From Candidatus Rokuibacteriota bacterium (lineage in GTDB: Bacteria > Methylomirabilota > Methylomirabilia > Rokubacteriales > CSP1-6), in the NCBI GenBank assembly GCA_003220225.1, contig QHRU01000045.1, forward strand, positions 2,586 to 66,585: 64,000 nt of DNA. The letters are read 5' to 3'. How positions within the stretch are numbered: position 1 is the first letter of the stretch; the number at the start of each line of letters is the position of its first letter. A program made the position numbers and the translations under genes. This document shows positions 8,323 to 22,736 of the stretch, in pieces. The notes under the pieces were generated by a model that worked only from the letters and a program-made list of their open reading frames with translations, was not told the DNA's origin and ran no database searches.

Positions 8323-10531
8323 CGGCGCCGACGAGCGCGAGCTCCGCGACAGCGCCGAGATGTTCGAGGCGGCGCTCGCGGAGAACCCCGCGGACCTGAC
8401 CGTGCTGGAGGCGCTCCGAGAGATCTACACGCGGCTCGGCGACATCGAGCGCCTGATGGAGACCGCCGAGCGCATCGAGCGCGTCGATCCCGATCAGGGC
8501 GCGCTCGGCGGGGGCCGTCCTCGTGCCGTCGACCCGACGCCAGCGGCGCCCATCGTCCCCGCCGCGCCGCCACGCGCGCCCGCGCGGCCGTCGATCGGCC
8601 CCGCCGTGCCGCCGCCCGCACCCGCGCGGCCGTCCATCACTTCCCCCGTGCCGCCGCCCGCACCCGCGCGGCCATCCAGCGCCCCACCGTCGATCATCAC
8701 GCCGCCGTCCCTCGTCACGGCGCCGAGCACGCCCGTCCGACTCGCCAACGCCATGCCGGCAGCGCGCTTGCCAGCATTCGAGCCGGGCAAGGCCGGCGGC
8801 GTGTCGCCGGTCCGCAAGCGCGGGAGCCGCGCGCGCATCGGCGAGCTCCTCGTCGCCGAGGGCGTGATCTCGCAGGACCAGCTCCACGAGGCGCTCCGCG
8901 AGCACCGCCGCTCGAAGGAGCGGCTCGGCTCCGTGCTGGCGCGCCGCGGCCTCGTCACCGAGGAGCGGCTGGTGGAGGTGCTCTCGAAGGAGCACGGCCT
9001 GCCGTCGGTGGACGTCCGCCAGCAGCCGGTGCCCGCGGAGATCCTGGCCCTGGTGCCCGGACACCTCGCGCGCAAGTACGAGGTGCTGCCGCTCTCGCGC
9101 GTGGACGGCGCGCTCACCCTCGCCATGTCGGACCCGACCAACGTCGTGGCCATGGACGAGATCGCCGCCACCACGCGGCTCACGGTGCTGCCGGTGGTCG
9201 CCGTCGGCGCCGCCATCCGCGCCGCGATCGAGACGCACTACGCGAAGCCGGTGATCACCTCGGGGATGGACGACGTCCTCTCCGAGCTGACCGACGCCAC
9301 CGTGGAGGTCGTCTCCGACGAGGATTCGCGGTCGACGGGCGAGGTCGTCGAGCTGCGCGACGCGGCCGACGGCGCGCCGGTGGTCAAGTTCGTGAACAAG
9401 GTGATGCTCGACGCGATCAGGCGCGGCGCCTCCGACCTGCACTGGGAGCCGTACGAGAAGGTGTTCCGCATCCGGTTCCGCATCGACGGCGTCATGCATG
9501 AGATGGTGTCGCCGCCCAAGAAGGTGGAGGCGGCGGTGATCTCGCGGCTGAAGATCATGGCCAACCTCGACATCTCGGAGCGGCGCCTGCCTCAGGACGG
9601 ACGCATCAAGCTGCGCCACGGCTCGCGCGAGATCGACTTCCGCGTGTCGATCCTGCCGACGATCTTCGGCGAGAAAGCCGTGCTCCGCATCCTCGACAAG
9701 GAGTCGCTGCAGCTCGACCTCACCAAGCTCGGCTTCGATCAGTGGAGCTTCGAGAAGTTCACCGACGCGATCCACCAGCCGTACGGCATGGTCCTGATCA
9801 CGGGGCCGACGGGCTCGGGCAAGACGACCACGCTCTACTCGGCGATCTCGACGATCAACAAGGTCGACCACAACATCATGACCGCCGAGGACCCGGTCGA
9901 GTACAACCTCAAGGGTGTCAACCAGGTGCAGGTGAACGACGGGATCGGCCGGACGTTCGCGGCCGTCCTGCGCTCCTTCCTGCGCCAGGACCCGGACGTC
10001 ATCCTCGTCGGCGAGACGCGCGACCTCGAGACCGCGCAGATCTCCGTCCGCGCGGCGCTCACGGGCCACCTCGTCTTCACGACCCTGCACACGAACGACT
10101 GCCCGTCGACGGTGGCGCGGCTGGTCGACATGGGCGTCCAGCCGTTCCTGCTCTCCTCGGCGCTGCTGCTGATGCTGGCCCAACGGCTGGGCCGGCGGAT
10201 CTGCAAGGAGTGCAAGCAGCCGGTGGAAGGCAGGGAAGAAGACCTCGTGCGCTACGGCCACGTGCCGCAGGGGCGCGGCCCCGTGATGTTCTACCGCGGC
10301 GCCGGCTGCGCGACGTGCAACTTCACCGGGATGAAGGGCCGGGTGGCGATCTACGAGGTGATGCCGATCAGCGAGACCATCCGCGACATGATCCTCGAGG
10401 ACGCCTCGACCGCGGTGCTCCGCGAGCAGGCGCAGAAGGAAGGCATGAAGACGCTGCGCCAGGCGGGCATGGCCAAGGTGCTGGAGGGCGTGACGACCGT
10501 GGAAGAGGTCGTGCGCGTGACGCTCGCATGA
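8297..10531 (+). CDS. pilB: PilB/GspE-family pilus assembly ATPase with N-terminal TPR-like/Pro-rich extension and MshEN domain
   Basis: Tandem MshEN motifs RIGELL...RLGSVL; ASDLHWEP, ERRLPQDGR, GPTGSGKTTTLY, RQDPDVILVGETRD, CxxC...CxxC; exact start uncertain. Confidence 0.93.
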   Translation: MRSGSGPRNGADERELRDSAEMFEAALAENPADLTVLEALREIYTRLGDIERLMETAERIERVDPDQGALGGGRPRAVDPTPAAPIVPAAPPRAPARPSIGPAVPPPAPARPSITSPVPPPAPARPSSAPPSIITPPSLVTAPSTPVRLANAMPAARLPAFEPGKAGGVSPVRKRGSRARIGELLVAEGVISQDQLHEALREHRRSKERLGSVLARRGLVTEERLVEVLSKEHGLPSVDVRQQPVPAEILALVPGHLARKYEVLPLSRVDGALTLAMSDPTNVVAMDEIAATTRLTVLPVVAVGAAIRAAIETHYAKPVITSGMDDVLSELTDATVEVVSDEDSRSTGEVVELRDAADGAPVVKFVNKVMLDAIRRGASDLHWEPYEKVFRIRFRIDGVMHEMVSPPKKVEAAVISRLKIMANLDISERRLPQDGRIKLRHGSREIDFRVSILPTIFGEKAVLRILDKESLQLDLTKLGFDQWSFEKFTDAIHQPYGMVLITGPTGSGKTTTLYSAISTINKVDHNIMTAEDPVEYNLKGVNQVQVNDGIGRTFAAVLRSFLRQDPDVILVGETRDLETAQISVRAALTGHLVFTTLHTNDCPSTVARLVDMGVQPFLLSSALLLMLAQRLGRRICKECKQPVEGREEDLVRYGHVPQGRGPVMFYRGAGCATCNFTGMKGRVAIYEVMPISETIRDMILEDASTAVLREQAQKEGMKTLRQAGMAKVLEGVTTVEEVVRVTLA

Positions 10532-10544
10532 GGGCAGGGGCGTC

Positions 10545-11384
10545 GTGAGGTTGTGGGCGTCGCGCGGCGGGCGCGAGCCGCAGACGGTACCGGAGGCGCT
10601 CCGGCGCGCGGAGCAGCGGCGGCGCGAGGGCCGTGATGCCGAGGCGGCGGCGCTCGTGGCGCGCGTGCTCGAGCTCGATCCCGACAACCTCCACGCGCAC
10701 CTGCTCGCCGCCTACTTGCACGTCGCGCGCCGCGCCACCGCGCCCGCGAGGCAGGAGTTCCGCTGGGTGCTGGGACACGACGCCAACCACGCGCGCGCCC
10801 TGCTCGGGCTCGCGGGCATCGCGCTCGAGGAGGGCGACGCGCACGAGTGCCGCGACTTGCTGCGGCGCGCGCTGCGCTTCTATCCCGAATTCCCCGAGGC
10901 GACCGCGCTGTTGGAGGCCGTTCGGACGCGCGAAGCGGCGCCGCCGCCGGCGGCGAACGCAACCGCGGCGCCGCGCGTGGACCGGCTGCGGCTGCCGGGC
11001 ACGGGCCGCGCGCTGATCATCGGACGCGCCGACGGCGGGCTGATCGCGTCGCAGCCCGTGGCCGACGACGCCAAGGACGTCTCGGAGGCGCTGGCCCGCA
11101 CGCTGCAGCTGGCGGCGGCCACGCTCGGGCGCGCCGGCCTGGGCCCGCTCCACCGTGCCATCGTCGAGGACGACCACGACGCCGTCTTCACGCGCACCGA
11201 CGGCGATCTCGTCGTCTCGCTCGCACTGCCGCGCGCGACCGATCCGACCCAAGGGCTGCTCGACCTGAATCGACTGTGGTCCGCCACGCTGCACGAACTG
11301 GGATTGGCCGCCGGGCCGCCGGCCGCTGCGCCCTCTTCCACGCCGGCTGACACGCCGGTCGACCGGACCAGGAGGGTTTCATGA
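10545..11384 (+). CDS. Tetratricopeptide-repeat protein with C-terminal Roadblock-like domain
   Basis: TPR helices (VLELDPDNLHAHLLAAYL, ALRFYPEFPEA); C-terminal LIIGRADGGLIA...AGLGPLHRAIVE roadblock-like. Confidence 0.75.
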   Translation: MRLWASRGGREPQTVPEALRRAEQRRREGRDAEAAALVARVLELDPDNLHAHLLAAYLHVARRATAPARQEFRWVLGHDANHARALLGLAGIALEEGDAHECRDLLRRALRFYPEFPEATALLEAVRTREAAPPPAANATAAPRVDRLRLPGTGRALIIGRADGGLIASQPVADDAKDVSEALARTLQLAAATLGRAGLGPLHRAIVEDDHDAVFTRTDGDLVVSLALPRATDPTQGLLDLNRLWSATLHELGLAAGPPAAAPSSTPADTPVDRTRRVS

Positions 11385-11800
11385 GCGGACCACGCCTCAA
11401 GCTCGCGCTCGAGTACGACAGCACCTCGCGGGGCCGCCACGTGCGGGACATCGTCTCGGAGCTGAAGCGGCAGCACTGGGTGCGCGGCGCCCTCATCGTC
11501 GCGGCGGACGGCTTCGTCATCGCCGCCGAGCTGCCCGGCACGATCGAGGTCGATTCCATGGCGGCGCTCGCCGCCACCCTCGGCCGCGAGCTGGAGACGA
11601 GCGCGCAGCGTCTGGGGCGGCCGTCGTTCTGCACCGCCCTGTTCTCGGCCGACGACGGGACGATGTTCCTGGCCGCCAGCCGCATCGGCTATCTGGTGGT
11701 CCTCGCCGAGCAGCAGGTGAACGTGCAGGCCATCCGCGGCGCCCTCGCCGAGGCCGTGTCGCTGATCGACGCCGCATGGGCGGGCGAGGCGGCGGGCTAG
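11381..11800 (+). CDS. Roadblock/LC7 domain protein
   Basis: VRGALIVAADGFVIAAELP...MAALAATLGREL; ATGA overlap with upstream gene. Confidence 0.88.
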   Translation: MSGPRLKLALEYDSTSRGRHVRDIVSELKRQHWVRGALIVAADGFVIAAELPGTIEVDSMAALAATLGRELETSAQRLGRPSFCTALFSADDGTMFLAASRIGYLVVLAEQQVNVQAIRGALAEAVSLIDAAWAGEAAG

Positions 11801-11852
11801 AACCTCGGAGGGGGCCTGGAACCTCGGAGGGGGCCTGGACGGCCCCCTCCGA
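11801..11852. repeat. 19 bp direct duplication plus GC hairpin between convergent genes (terminator/REP-like)
   Basis: AACCTCGGAGGGGGCCTGG at 11801 and 11820; stem TCGGAGGGGGCC-TGGAC-GGCCCCCTCCGA. Confidence 0.75.
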
Positions 11853-11866
11853 TGCCTACGGGATAA

Positions 11867-11940
11867 CGAGGGCCGCCACGGCTGCGCCGGGGCGGCCCGA
11901 GCGCTTGGGGGGTATGGGGGGCCATGTCGGGGCCCCCCAT
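11867..11940 (+). repeat. Dispersed ~75 bp palindromic (REP-like) element, copy 1
   Basis: Ends in GGGGGGCCATGTCGGGGCCCCCCAT; aligns by eye with copies at 23105, 30396 and 51365. Confidence 0.85.
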
Positions 11941-11943
11941 TTA

Positions 11944-12661
11944 CTAGACGGCCGCGGCGGCGATTTCCGAGAGGATGGCGGCCGCCGCCGCCCTGGGATC
12001 CGGCACGGCGGTGATCGGACGGCCGACCACGATCGCGTCGGCGCCCGCCCTGATCGCATCGGCCGGCGTCGCGACGCGCTTTTGATCGTCGACGCGCTCG
12101 GCGGGCCGGATCCCGGGCGTGACGATCACCCACCGCGGGCCCAGCGCGCGTCGCAGGAGCCGGATCTCCTGCGGGGAGGCCACGCAGCCGTCGAGCCCGG
12201 CCTCGCGCGCGCGCTCGGCGAGCCGCAGCACGTGCGCCTCCACGTTGGCGACGACCCCGACCTCCTCGAGGCCCTTGCGGTCGAGGCTCGTCAGCACCGT
12301 CACGCCGAGGCAGATCGGCCGCGCGACGCCGAAGTCCTTCGCCGCCTTGCCCGCGGCCTCCGCGGCCGCCCGCATCATCGCGCCGCCGCCGCCGGCGTGG
12401 ACGTCGAGCATCGCCACCCCGATGCGCGTCGCCTCGCGCACGGCGCCGGCGACGGTGTTCGGGATGTCGTGAAATTTCAGATCGAGGAACACGGGGAACC
12501 CGCGCTTGAGCGCGGTCTCGACGGCGGCGGGCCCGGCGGCCGTGAACAGCTGCGAGCCGATCTTGGCGCCCATCGTCTCGGGCGGTCCGGCCCCGGCCAG
12601 CCGCTCGAGGAGCCCGTCGGCCTCCTTCAGCGTCTCCACGTCGAGGGCGACCCAGAGCCGC

Positions 12662-12669
<8 letters not shown>
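11944..12669 (-). CDS. pyrF: Orotidine-5'-phosphate decarboxylase
   Basis: [43 protein letters not shown]. Confidence 0.97.
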
Positions 12670-15865
<3,196 letters not shown>

Positions 15866-15868
15866 CCG

Positions 15869-16135
15869 CTACTCTTCCACCAGCCCGTAGACGATCGAGG
15901 TGTCCGGCGCCGCCTCCTCACGCTTGTAGAGGACATCATCGATGCGGCCCGCTCCGACCCAGACCACCTGGCTGTCTCCCCACAGCTGCTCGCCCAGCAC
16001 GCTCATGCGGCGCTCGACGCGCTCCTTGATCGCGTGCGCCTCCAGCGAGGCCTCGCTCTGCGTGGTGAACGACGCCCACTCGGGCTTCTGTCCTGCGCTC
16101 TCGACCTTGCGGTACGAGATCAAGTATTTGGGCAT
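15869..16135 (-). CDS. Hypothetical 88 aa protein between carA and carB
   Basis: AAGGAGG-like RBS upstream; fills the carA-carB gap with 6 and 3 nt spacers; protein-like composition. Confidence 0.75.
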   Translation of the reverse strand: MPKYLISYRKVESAGQKPEWASFTTQSEASLEAHAIKERVERRMSVLGEQLWGDSQVVWVGAGRIDDVLYKREEAAPDTSIVYGLVEE

Positions 16136-16141
16136 GGAAGA

Positions 16142-17260
16142 TCAGCCTCCTTCCATCAGATCCGTGAAGCGGTGGAACAGGTAGTTCGCGTCGTGCGGAC
16201 CCGGCGAGGCCTCGGGATGGTACTGCACGCAGAACACGGGCAGCTCCGCGTGGCGCAGGCCCTCACACGTTCCATCGTTGAGGTTGACGTGGGACGGCTC
16301 CCAGCCGCGGCCGGCGAGCGACGCCGGGTCGACGGCGAAGCCGTGGTTCTGCGAGGTGATCTCCACGCGCCCGGTCGCGAGGTCGCGCACCGGATGGTTG
16401 GCGCCGTGGTGGCCGAACGGCAGCTTGTACGTGCGGCCGCCGGCGGCGAGCCCGATGATCTGGTGACCGAGGCAGATGCCGAAGACGGGCACGCGCCCGA
16501 GCAGCGCGCGCACGCTGTCGATCAAGTACGGCACGCCTTCCGGATCGCCGGGGCCGTTCGAGAGAAACACGCCGTGGGGCTTGCGCTCCAGCACGGCCTC
16601 GGCCGGCGTGCCGGCCGGAACGACCGTGACGTCGCAGCCGGCCGTGCGGAGCTGGCGCAGGATGTTGAACTTGATGCCCGCGTCGAAGGCGACGACGTTG
16701 AAGCGCGCGGGCGGCGGCGGGCGATAGCCCTTCGCGAGATCCCACTCGCCCGTCTTCCACGTGAACGGCTCCGCCGCCGTCACCTCGGCCACGAGGTCGC
16801 GGCCCACCAGCCCGGGCAGCGCTCGCGCCTTGTCGCGCAGGCGGTCGACGTCGAGATCGGCGGACGAGATGATGCCGTCCTGCGCGCCCGCATCGCGCAG
16901 GTGGCGCGTCAGCGCGCGCGTGTCGATGCCCTGCAGCCCGACGAGGCCGTGCGTCTTCAGATAGGCGTCGAGGCTCACGCGGCCGCGCCACGACGAGGGG
17001 CAGACGGAGGCCTCCTTGACGATCAGGCCGTTCGCCCACGGCCGGTGCGACTCCACGTCTTCCTCGTTGAGGCCGTAGTTGCCGATCATCGGATAGGTCA
17101 TGGTCACGATCTGCCCGCGATACGACGGATCCGTGAGGATCTCCTGGTAGCCGGACATGGCCGTGTTGAAGATGACCTCGCCGTCGGTCTCCCCCACGGC
17201 GCCGAGCGCGCGGCCGCGGAAGACGCGCCCGTCGCGCAGCACGAGCACGGCCTCCCTCAT
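16142..17260 (-). CDS. carA: Carbamoyl-phosphate synthase small subunit
   Basis: [53 protein letters not shown] overlap with pyrC. Confidence 0.98.
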   Translation of the reverse strand: MREAVLVLRDGRVFRGRALGAVGETDGEVIFNTAMSGYQEILTDPSYRGQIVTMTYPMIGNYGLNEEDVESHRPWANGLIVKEASVCPSSWRGRVSLDAYLKTHGLVGLQGIDTRALTRHLRDAGAQDGIISSADLDVDRLRDKARALPGLVGRDLVAEVTAAEPFTWKTGEWDLAKGYRPPPPARFNVVAFDAGIKFNILRQLRTAGCDVTVVPAGTPAEAVLERKPHGVFLSNGPGDPEGVPYLIDSVRALLGRVPVFGICLGHQIIGLAAGGRTYKLPFGHHGANHPVRDLATGRVEITSQNHGFAVDPASLAGRGWEPSHVNLNDGTCEGLRHAELPVFCVQYHPEASPGPHDANYLFHRFTDLMEGG

Positions 17261-18543
17261 TTCGGCGGGCATTCCCACACGACCTTTCCGGCCACGATCG
17301 TCTTCCACGGCCGGCCCGTCGCCGCCCAGCCCGCGAACGGCGTGTTGCGGCTCTTCGACTTGAACCGCGCGGGATCGATCGTCACCGCGCCGTCGGGATC
17401 GATCAGCGTCAGGTCGGCCGGCGCGCCGGCGCCCAGACTGCCGCCCGGCAGGCGCAGCAGCCGCGCGGGGTCCCTCGACAGGCGTGACACCAGGGTGGCC
17501 ACGGAGAGCCGGCCCGGCCTCACGAGCCGATCGATGAGCACGGTGACGGCGGTTTCCAGCCCGACGACGCCGTTGGCGGCGTGATCGAACTCGCCTTCCT
17601 TCTCGCTCAGCGCGTGGGGCGCGTGATCGGTGGCCACGCAGTCGATGGTGCCGTCGACGAGCGCCTCGAGCAGCGCCTCCGCGTCGCGCGTGCTCCGCAG
17701 CGGCGGCGCCATCTTCGTGTTCGCATCCCACGAGCGCACCGCGTCTTCGGTGAGGAGCAGGTGATGCGGCGTGACTTCCGCCGTCACGCGCACCCCGCGC
17801 GCCTTCGCGTCGCGCACGAGCCGGACGGCTCCCGCCGTCGAGAGGTGCGCGATGTGCACGTGAGCGCCCGTCAGCTCCGCCAACAGGAGATCGCGCGCCA
17901 CCATCACGTCCTCGGCCGCGGCGGGGATGCCCTGCAGGCCGAGCTCGGTGGACACGACGCCCTCGTGCATGCTGCCGGCGTGCGCGAGCGTATGGTCCTC
18001 GGCGTGGCTGATGACCGGCGCCCCGAAGGGCAGGGTGTACTCCATGGCGCGGCGGTAGAGCTCGGCGTTCATCACGCACTTCCCGTCATCGGAGAAGGCC
18101 ACGCAACCCGCCTCGGCCAGCTCCGCCAGCTCCGCCAGCTCCTTGCCCTCGAGCCCGCGCGTGACCGCGCCGATCGGGTACACGCGCACCACGCCCTCGC
18201 TCTCCGCTTTCGCGCGGATGTAGTCGGTCACGGCGCGGTTGTCGTTCACGGGCTGCGTGTTGGCCATGCAGCAGACGGCCGTGAAGCCGCCCGCCGCCGC
18301 CGCGCGGGTGCCGCTGGCGATCGTCTCCTTGTACTCGTGGCCGGGCTCGCGCAGGTGCACGTGCATGTCGATGAAGCCGGGGCACACCCACATGCCGGCG
18401 GCGTCGATCACCGCGGCGCCCTGGGGCACCGCGAGCTTGGCGCCCACGCGCGCGATCTTGCCGTTCTCGACCAGCACGTCCTGGACGCCGTCCACCGAGC
18501 CGGCGGGATCGATCACGCGCCCACCGCGGATCAGCAGCGTCAT
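17257..18543 (-). CDS. pyrC: Dihydroorotase
   Basis: [28 protein letters not shown]; alternative start 18567. Confidence 0.97.
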   Translation of the reverse strand: MTLLIRGGRVIDPAGSVDGVQDVLVENGKIARVGAKLAVPQGAAVIDAAGMWVCPGFIDMHVHLREPGHEYKETIASGTRAAAAGGFTAVCCMANTQPVNDNRAVTDYIRAKAESEGVVRVYPIGAVTRGLEGKELAELAELAEAGCVAFSDDGKCVMNAELYRRAMEYTLPFGAPVISHAEDHTLAHAGSMHEGVVSTELGLQGIPAAAEDVMVARDLLLAELTGAHVHIAHLSTAGAVRLVRDAKARGVRVTAEVTPHHLLLTEDAVRSWDANTKMAPPLRSTRDAEALLEALVDGTIDCVATDHAPHALSEKEGEFDHAANGVVGLETAVTVLIDRLVRPGRLSVATLVSRLSRDPARLLRLPGGSLGAGAPADLTLIDPDGAVTIDPARFKSKSRNTPFAGWAATGRPWKTIVAGKVVWECPPK

Positions 18544-18563
18544 CGGGAGATGCCTCTCCGGGG

Positions 18564-19508
18564 TCATTGGGCCTGCGCCTCCCCGCTCCGGCCGCCGGCG
18601 AGCAGCAGGAGCACCGCCATGCGCACCGCCACACCCTTGGAGACCTGGTCGAGGATCACCGAGTACGGCCCGTCGGCGACTTCCGGCGACAGCTCGACGC
18701 CACGATTCACGGGTCCGGGATGCATGATCAGCACGTCGGGCCGCGCGTGGGCGGCGAGCCGGTCGAGCGTGAGGCCCCAGTAGCGCGAATACTCGCGCAG
18801 CGACGGGATGAGGCCGGCATGCATCCGCTCCTGTTGCAGGCGCAGCATCATGATCACGTCCACGTCACGGATCGCGTCCTCCAGCCGGTAGCTGACCTTG
18901 CAGCCGAGCTCCTGCGCGTAGGGCGGGATCAGCGTCGGCGGCCCCGCCACCGTGACGGTCATGCCCAGCTTCTTCATGCCGTGGATGTTGGAGCGCGCGA
19001 CCCGGCTGTGCGCGATGTCGCCGACGATGGCCACGCTGAGCCCCTCGAAGTGGCCCTTCTTCTCGCGGATCGTCAGCAGGTCGAGGAGCGCTTGGGTGGG
19101 ATGCTCGTGAGCGCCGTCGCCCGCGTTGACGATCGAGCAGGACAGCTCGCGCGCGAGCAGGGCGGGCGCGCCCGAGGACGAGTGCCGCACCACGACCACG
19201 TCGGGGCTCATGGCCGCGATGTTGCGCGCGGTGTCCACGAACGACTCGCCCTTGGCCGCGCTGGAGCCCGTCGCGGAGAAGTTGATGACGTCGGCCGACA
19301 GCCACTTGCCCGCGATCTCGAACGACGTCCGCGTGCGCGTGGAGTTCTCGTAGAACAGGTTCACCACGGTCTTGCCGCGCAGCGCGGGGACCTTCTTGAT
19401 CTCGCGCGTGGCGATCTCCTGCAGCGAGGCCGCCGTGTCCACGAGCGTGAGGATCTCGGCCGCCTCCAGCTCGCGAATGGTCAGGAGATCCTTGCGGGTC
19501 CAGCCCAT
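18564..19508 (-). CDS. pyrB: Aspartate carbamoyltransferase catalytic subunit
   Basis: [39 protein letters not shown]. Confidence 0.98.
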   Translation of the reverse strand: MGWTRKDLLTIRELEAAEILTLVDTAASLQEIATREIKKVPALRGKTVVNLFYENSTRTRTSFEIAGKWLSADVINFSATGSSAAKGESFVDTARNIAAMSPDVVVVRHSSSGAPALLARELSCSIVNAGDGAHEHPTQALLDLLTIREKKGHFEGLSVAIVGDIAHSRVARSNIHGMKKLGMTVTVAGPPTLIPPYAQELGCKVSYRLEDAIRDVDVIMMLRLQQERMHAGLIPSLREYSRYWGLTLDRLAAHARPDVLIMHPGPVNRGVELSPEVADGPYSVILDQVSKGVAVRMAVLLLLAGGRSGEAQAQ

Positions 19509-19510
19509 GC

Positions 19511-20163
<653 letters not shown>

Positions 20164-20167
<4 letters not shown>

Positions 20168-22074
20168 CGCGGGGCGGAAACGAGCAGCGCCATGAGCTGC
20201 TCCAGGTTCACCGGCTTCGTGAGGTGCGCCTCGAAGCCTGCCGTGAGGGCCTCGCGCATGTCCTCCGCCCGGCCGTAGCCGGTCAGCGCGATGAGCCGCA
20301 CCCCGGCGAGCTCGCCGCGCGCGCGGACCCGGCGCGCGACCTCGAAGCCGTCGATGTCGGGCAGGCCGATGTCGCACAGCACGATGTCCGGGCGCATGCG
20401 CACAGCCGCGCGCAGCCCGTCCTCGCCGTCCGCCGCGGTCTCCACGGTGGCGCCCTCGACCTCCAGCATGAGCTTCAGCACGTCGCGCGTGTCGGCGTTG
20501 TCCTCGATGACGAGGACCGCGTGGCTCTCGAGGCGCGGGCGCGCGCCGGCGGGCGGCGCGCTCGCCGCGGCCTCGGGCCGCGACCGCGGCAGCTCGACGC
20601 GGAAGCGCGCGCCGAGGCCGGCCGAGGCCACGGTGACGGTGCCGCCGTGCAGCTCGGTGAGCCGGCGCACGAGGTCGAGGCCGATGCCGAGGCCGCCGCG
20701 CCGCGTGGACTGCCGGCCCTGTCGGAACGGCTCGAAGATGATCGGCAGGTCGCTCTCCGCGATGCCCTCGCCGCTGTCGTTGACCTCGATCACCGCGCGC
20801 GTCTCGCGCGACTCGAGCCGCACGCCGACGCGCCCGCCGGCGGGCGTGAACTTCAGCGCGTTGGTGAGCAGGTTGCTGACCACCTGCTGCACGCGTGCGG
20901 CATCGCCCCACATCGGCACCGGCTCGTCGGGCAGCGTCGCGCCGAGCCGCACGCCCTTGAGGGTGGCCGCCTCCTCGACGACCTCCACCGCGGCGCGCAC
21001 CTGCTCGCGCAGGTCGAAGGTCTCCGGGCGCAGCATGAGCTTGCCGTGCAGGATGTGCGAGAGGTCGAGCAGGTCGTCGACCAGCCGGACTTGTTGCCGG
21101 ATGTTGCGGTGCACCACCTCCAGCGCGCGCGTGGTGATGTCGTCGAGCTTGCCGTGGCGGCGCAGCACCTCCGTCCAGCCGAGGATCGGCTGCAGCGGCG
21201 TGCGCAGCTCGTGCGAGAGCGCGGCGATGAAGTCGTCCTTGAGCTGGTTGGCCTCTTCGGCCGCCGCGCGCGCCGCCTCCAGATCCGCGAGCGCGCGTGT
21301 CTGCTCGGTGACGTCGTGCCAGGTGACGACCGTTGCGTAGATGGCGCCGTCTCGTCGCAGCGGGTGGGCGCTGACCTCGGTGCGCCGGGTCGTTCCGTCG
21401 GCGACCGCGATCAGCACCGTCATCGCGGAGACGGTCTCGCCGCGGAGCGCGCGGTACGAGGGCAGCCGCTCGGCGGGCAGCGGCGTGCCGTCCACCTCGC
21501 AGATACGCAGGCGCTTGATGCGATCGGCCGGCTGCTCGCCGGCCGGCATGTCGCCGAGGAGACTCCGGCCGCGGCCGTTCGTGAACAGCAGAGCACCGTC
21601 GGCGCCGATGATGAAGATGCCTTCGTTGATCAGGTCGACGAGGGTCCGCAGCTCCGCCGCGTGCTCGGTCGCCTCGCGCTCGAGCTGGCGCGCGCCGGTG
21701 ACGTCGTGGAAGACGGAGACGCTGCCCGTCAGCCGTCCCTCGGCGTCGCGCAGCGGCACGGTGTTGACGAGGAAGATGGCGGGCCGGCCCTCGAGCTCGA
21801 GCGTCAGCTCGGCGCCGATCAGCGCCTCGCCCTGCGCGAGCGCGCGCCGGATCGGGTGCAGCGCGGGCGTCAGCCGCCCGCCGTCGGGCGTCCGCGCCGG
21901 AAGCCGCTCGAGGAGATCGCTCACCGGATGGCCGACGTCGCGGGCGGCGCCGAGCACGCGCGCCGCCGTCGCGTTCGCGAACGTGAGCCGGCCCTGCGCG
22001 TCGGTGACGAGCACGGGCTCCACGAGGGCGTCGAGCGCGGCGCCGAGGACGGTGGTTGGATCGACGGACATCAT
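20164..22074 (-). CDS. PAS-PAS hybrid sensor histidine kinase with receiver domain
   Basis: Two PAS-like segments; ALSHELRTPL, NLLTNALKFT, DSGEGI, GLGIGL; REC VLCDIGLPDIDG...KP. Confidence 0.93.
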
Positions 22075-22607
22075 GCGCGGTTTCGCGCCTGGGAGGATAG
22101 CATGCGCGTCCACGCGGTCCATCCCAGGAGTCCGAGCGCGGCGAGCATCGCGAGCGCGCCGAGGCCGAACGTGAGCCGGCCGAGCGACTCCGCCGCGTAC
22201 AGCAGACCCAGCCGGCCCAGGATGAAGTTCCAGTCGTGGATCAGCCCGTCGGCGAGGAGGGGCAGCGCCATCGCGCGGCCGTCGGCGACGTAGACGGCGA
22301 CGTCGGCGAGGCTCTGGCCCGTCCAGAACAGCGTCACCGCCGCCGAGCCGTACTGCGTTCGCGCGAGGAAGACGGCCGTGCAGACGGCGGGGACCAGCAC
22401 CTGATTGAGCGAGCCGCCGAGCACGCCGATGAACTGACCGAAAAATCCGAAGATCACGTGCCCGGCTTCGTGGAAGACGAGGTCGATCAGGTGCAGGAAG
22501 TTCGGGATCGCGCCCGACGGCATCGCGATGCCGTTGGCGAGGACGAGGGCCGTGAGGAGACCGAGCGCCACGAACCCGATGAGCCGACCGACGACTTCAG
22601 CGGCCAT
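22071..22607 (-). CDS. Integral membrane protein with HExxH motif (peptidase M50B-like)
   Basis: Hydrophobic; FHEAGHVIF and HDWN motifs; AGGAG RBS; stop overlaps kinase start. Confidence 0.75.
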   Translation of the reverse strand: MAAEVVGRLIGFVALGLLTALVLANGIAMPSGAIPNFLHLIDLVFHEAGHVIFGFFGQFIGVLGGSLNQVLVPAVCTAVFLARTQYGSAAVTLFWTGQSLADVAVYVADGRAMALPLLADGLIHDWNFILGRLGLLYAAESLGRLTFGLGALAMLAALGLLGWTAWTRMLSSQARNRA

Positions 22608-22708
22608 GGCACTCCTTGTATACGCCGTTATGACACCCGAGACGTCAGCGCGACACGTGCCGGGTCGTCGACGGCGCGCAACCCGGCGATCCCGCGAGAG
22701 CGGAGGCT

Positions 22709-22724
22709 GGGCATCGCCCTTGCA
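22709..22724 (+). promoter_or_regulatory. Putative sigma54 -24/-12 promoter
   Basis: GGGCATCGCCCTTGCA, GG-N10-GC spacing, 12 nt upstream of GTG 22737. Confidence 0.55.
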
Positions 22725-22736
22725 TCGGCGCGCGCC

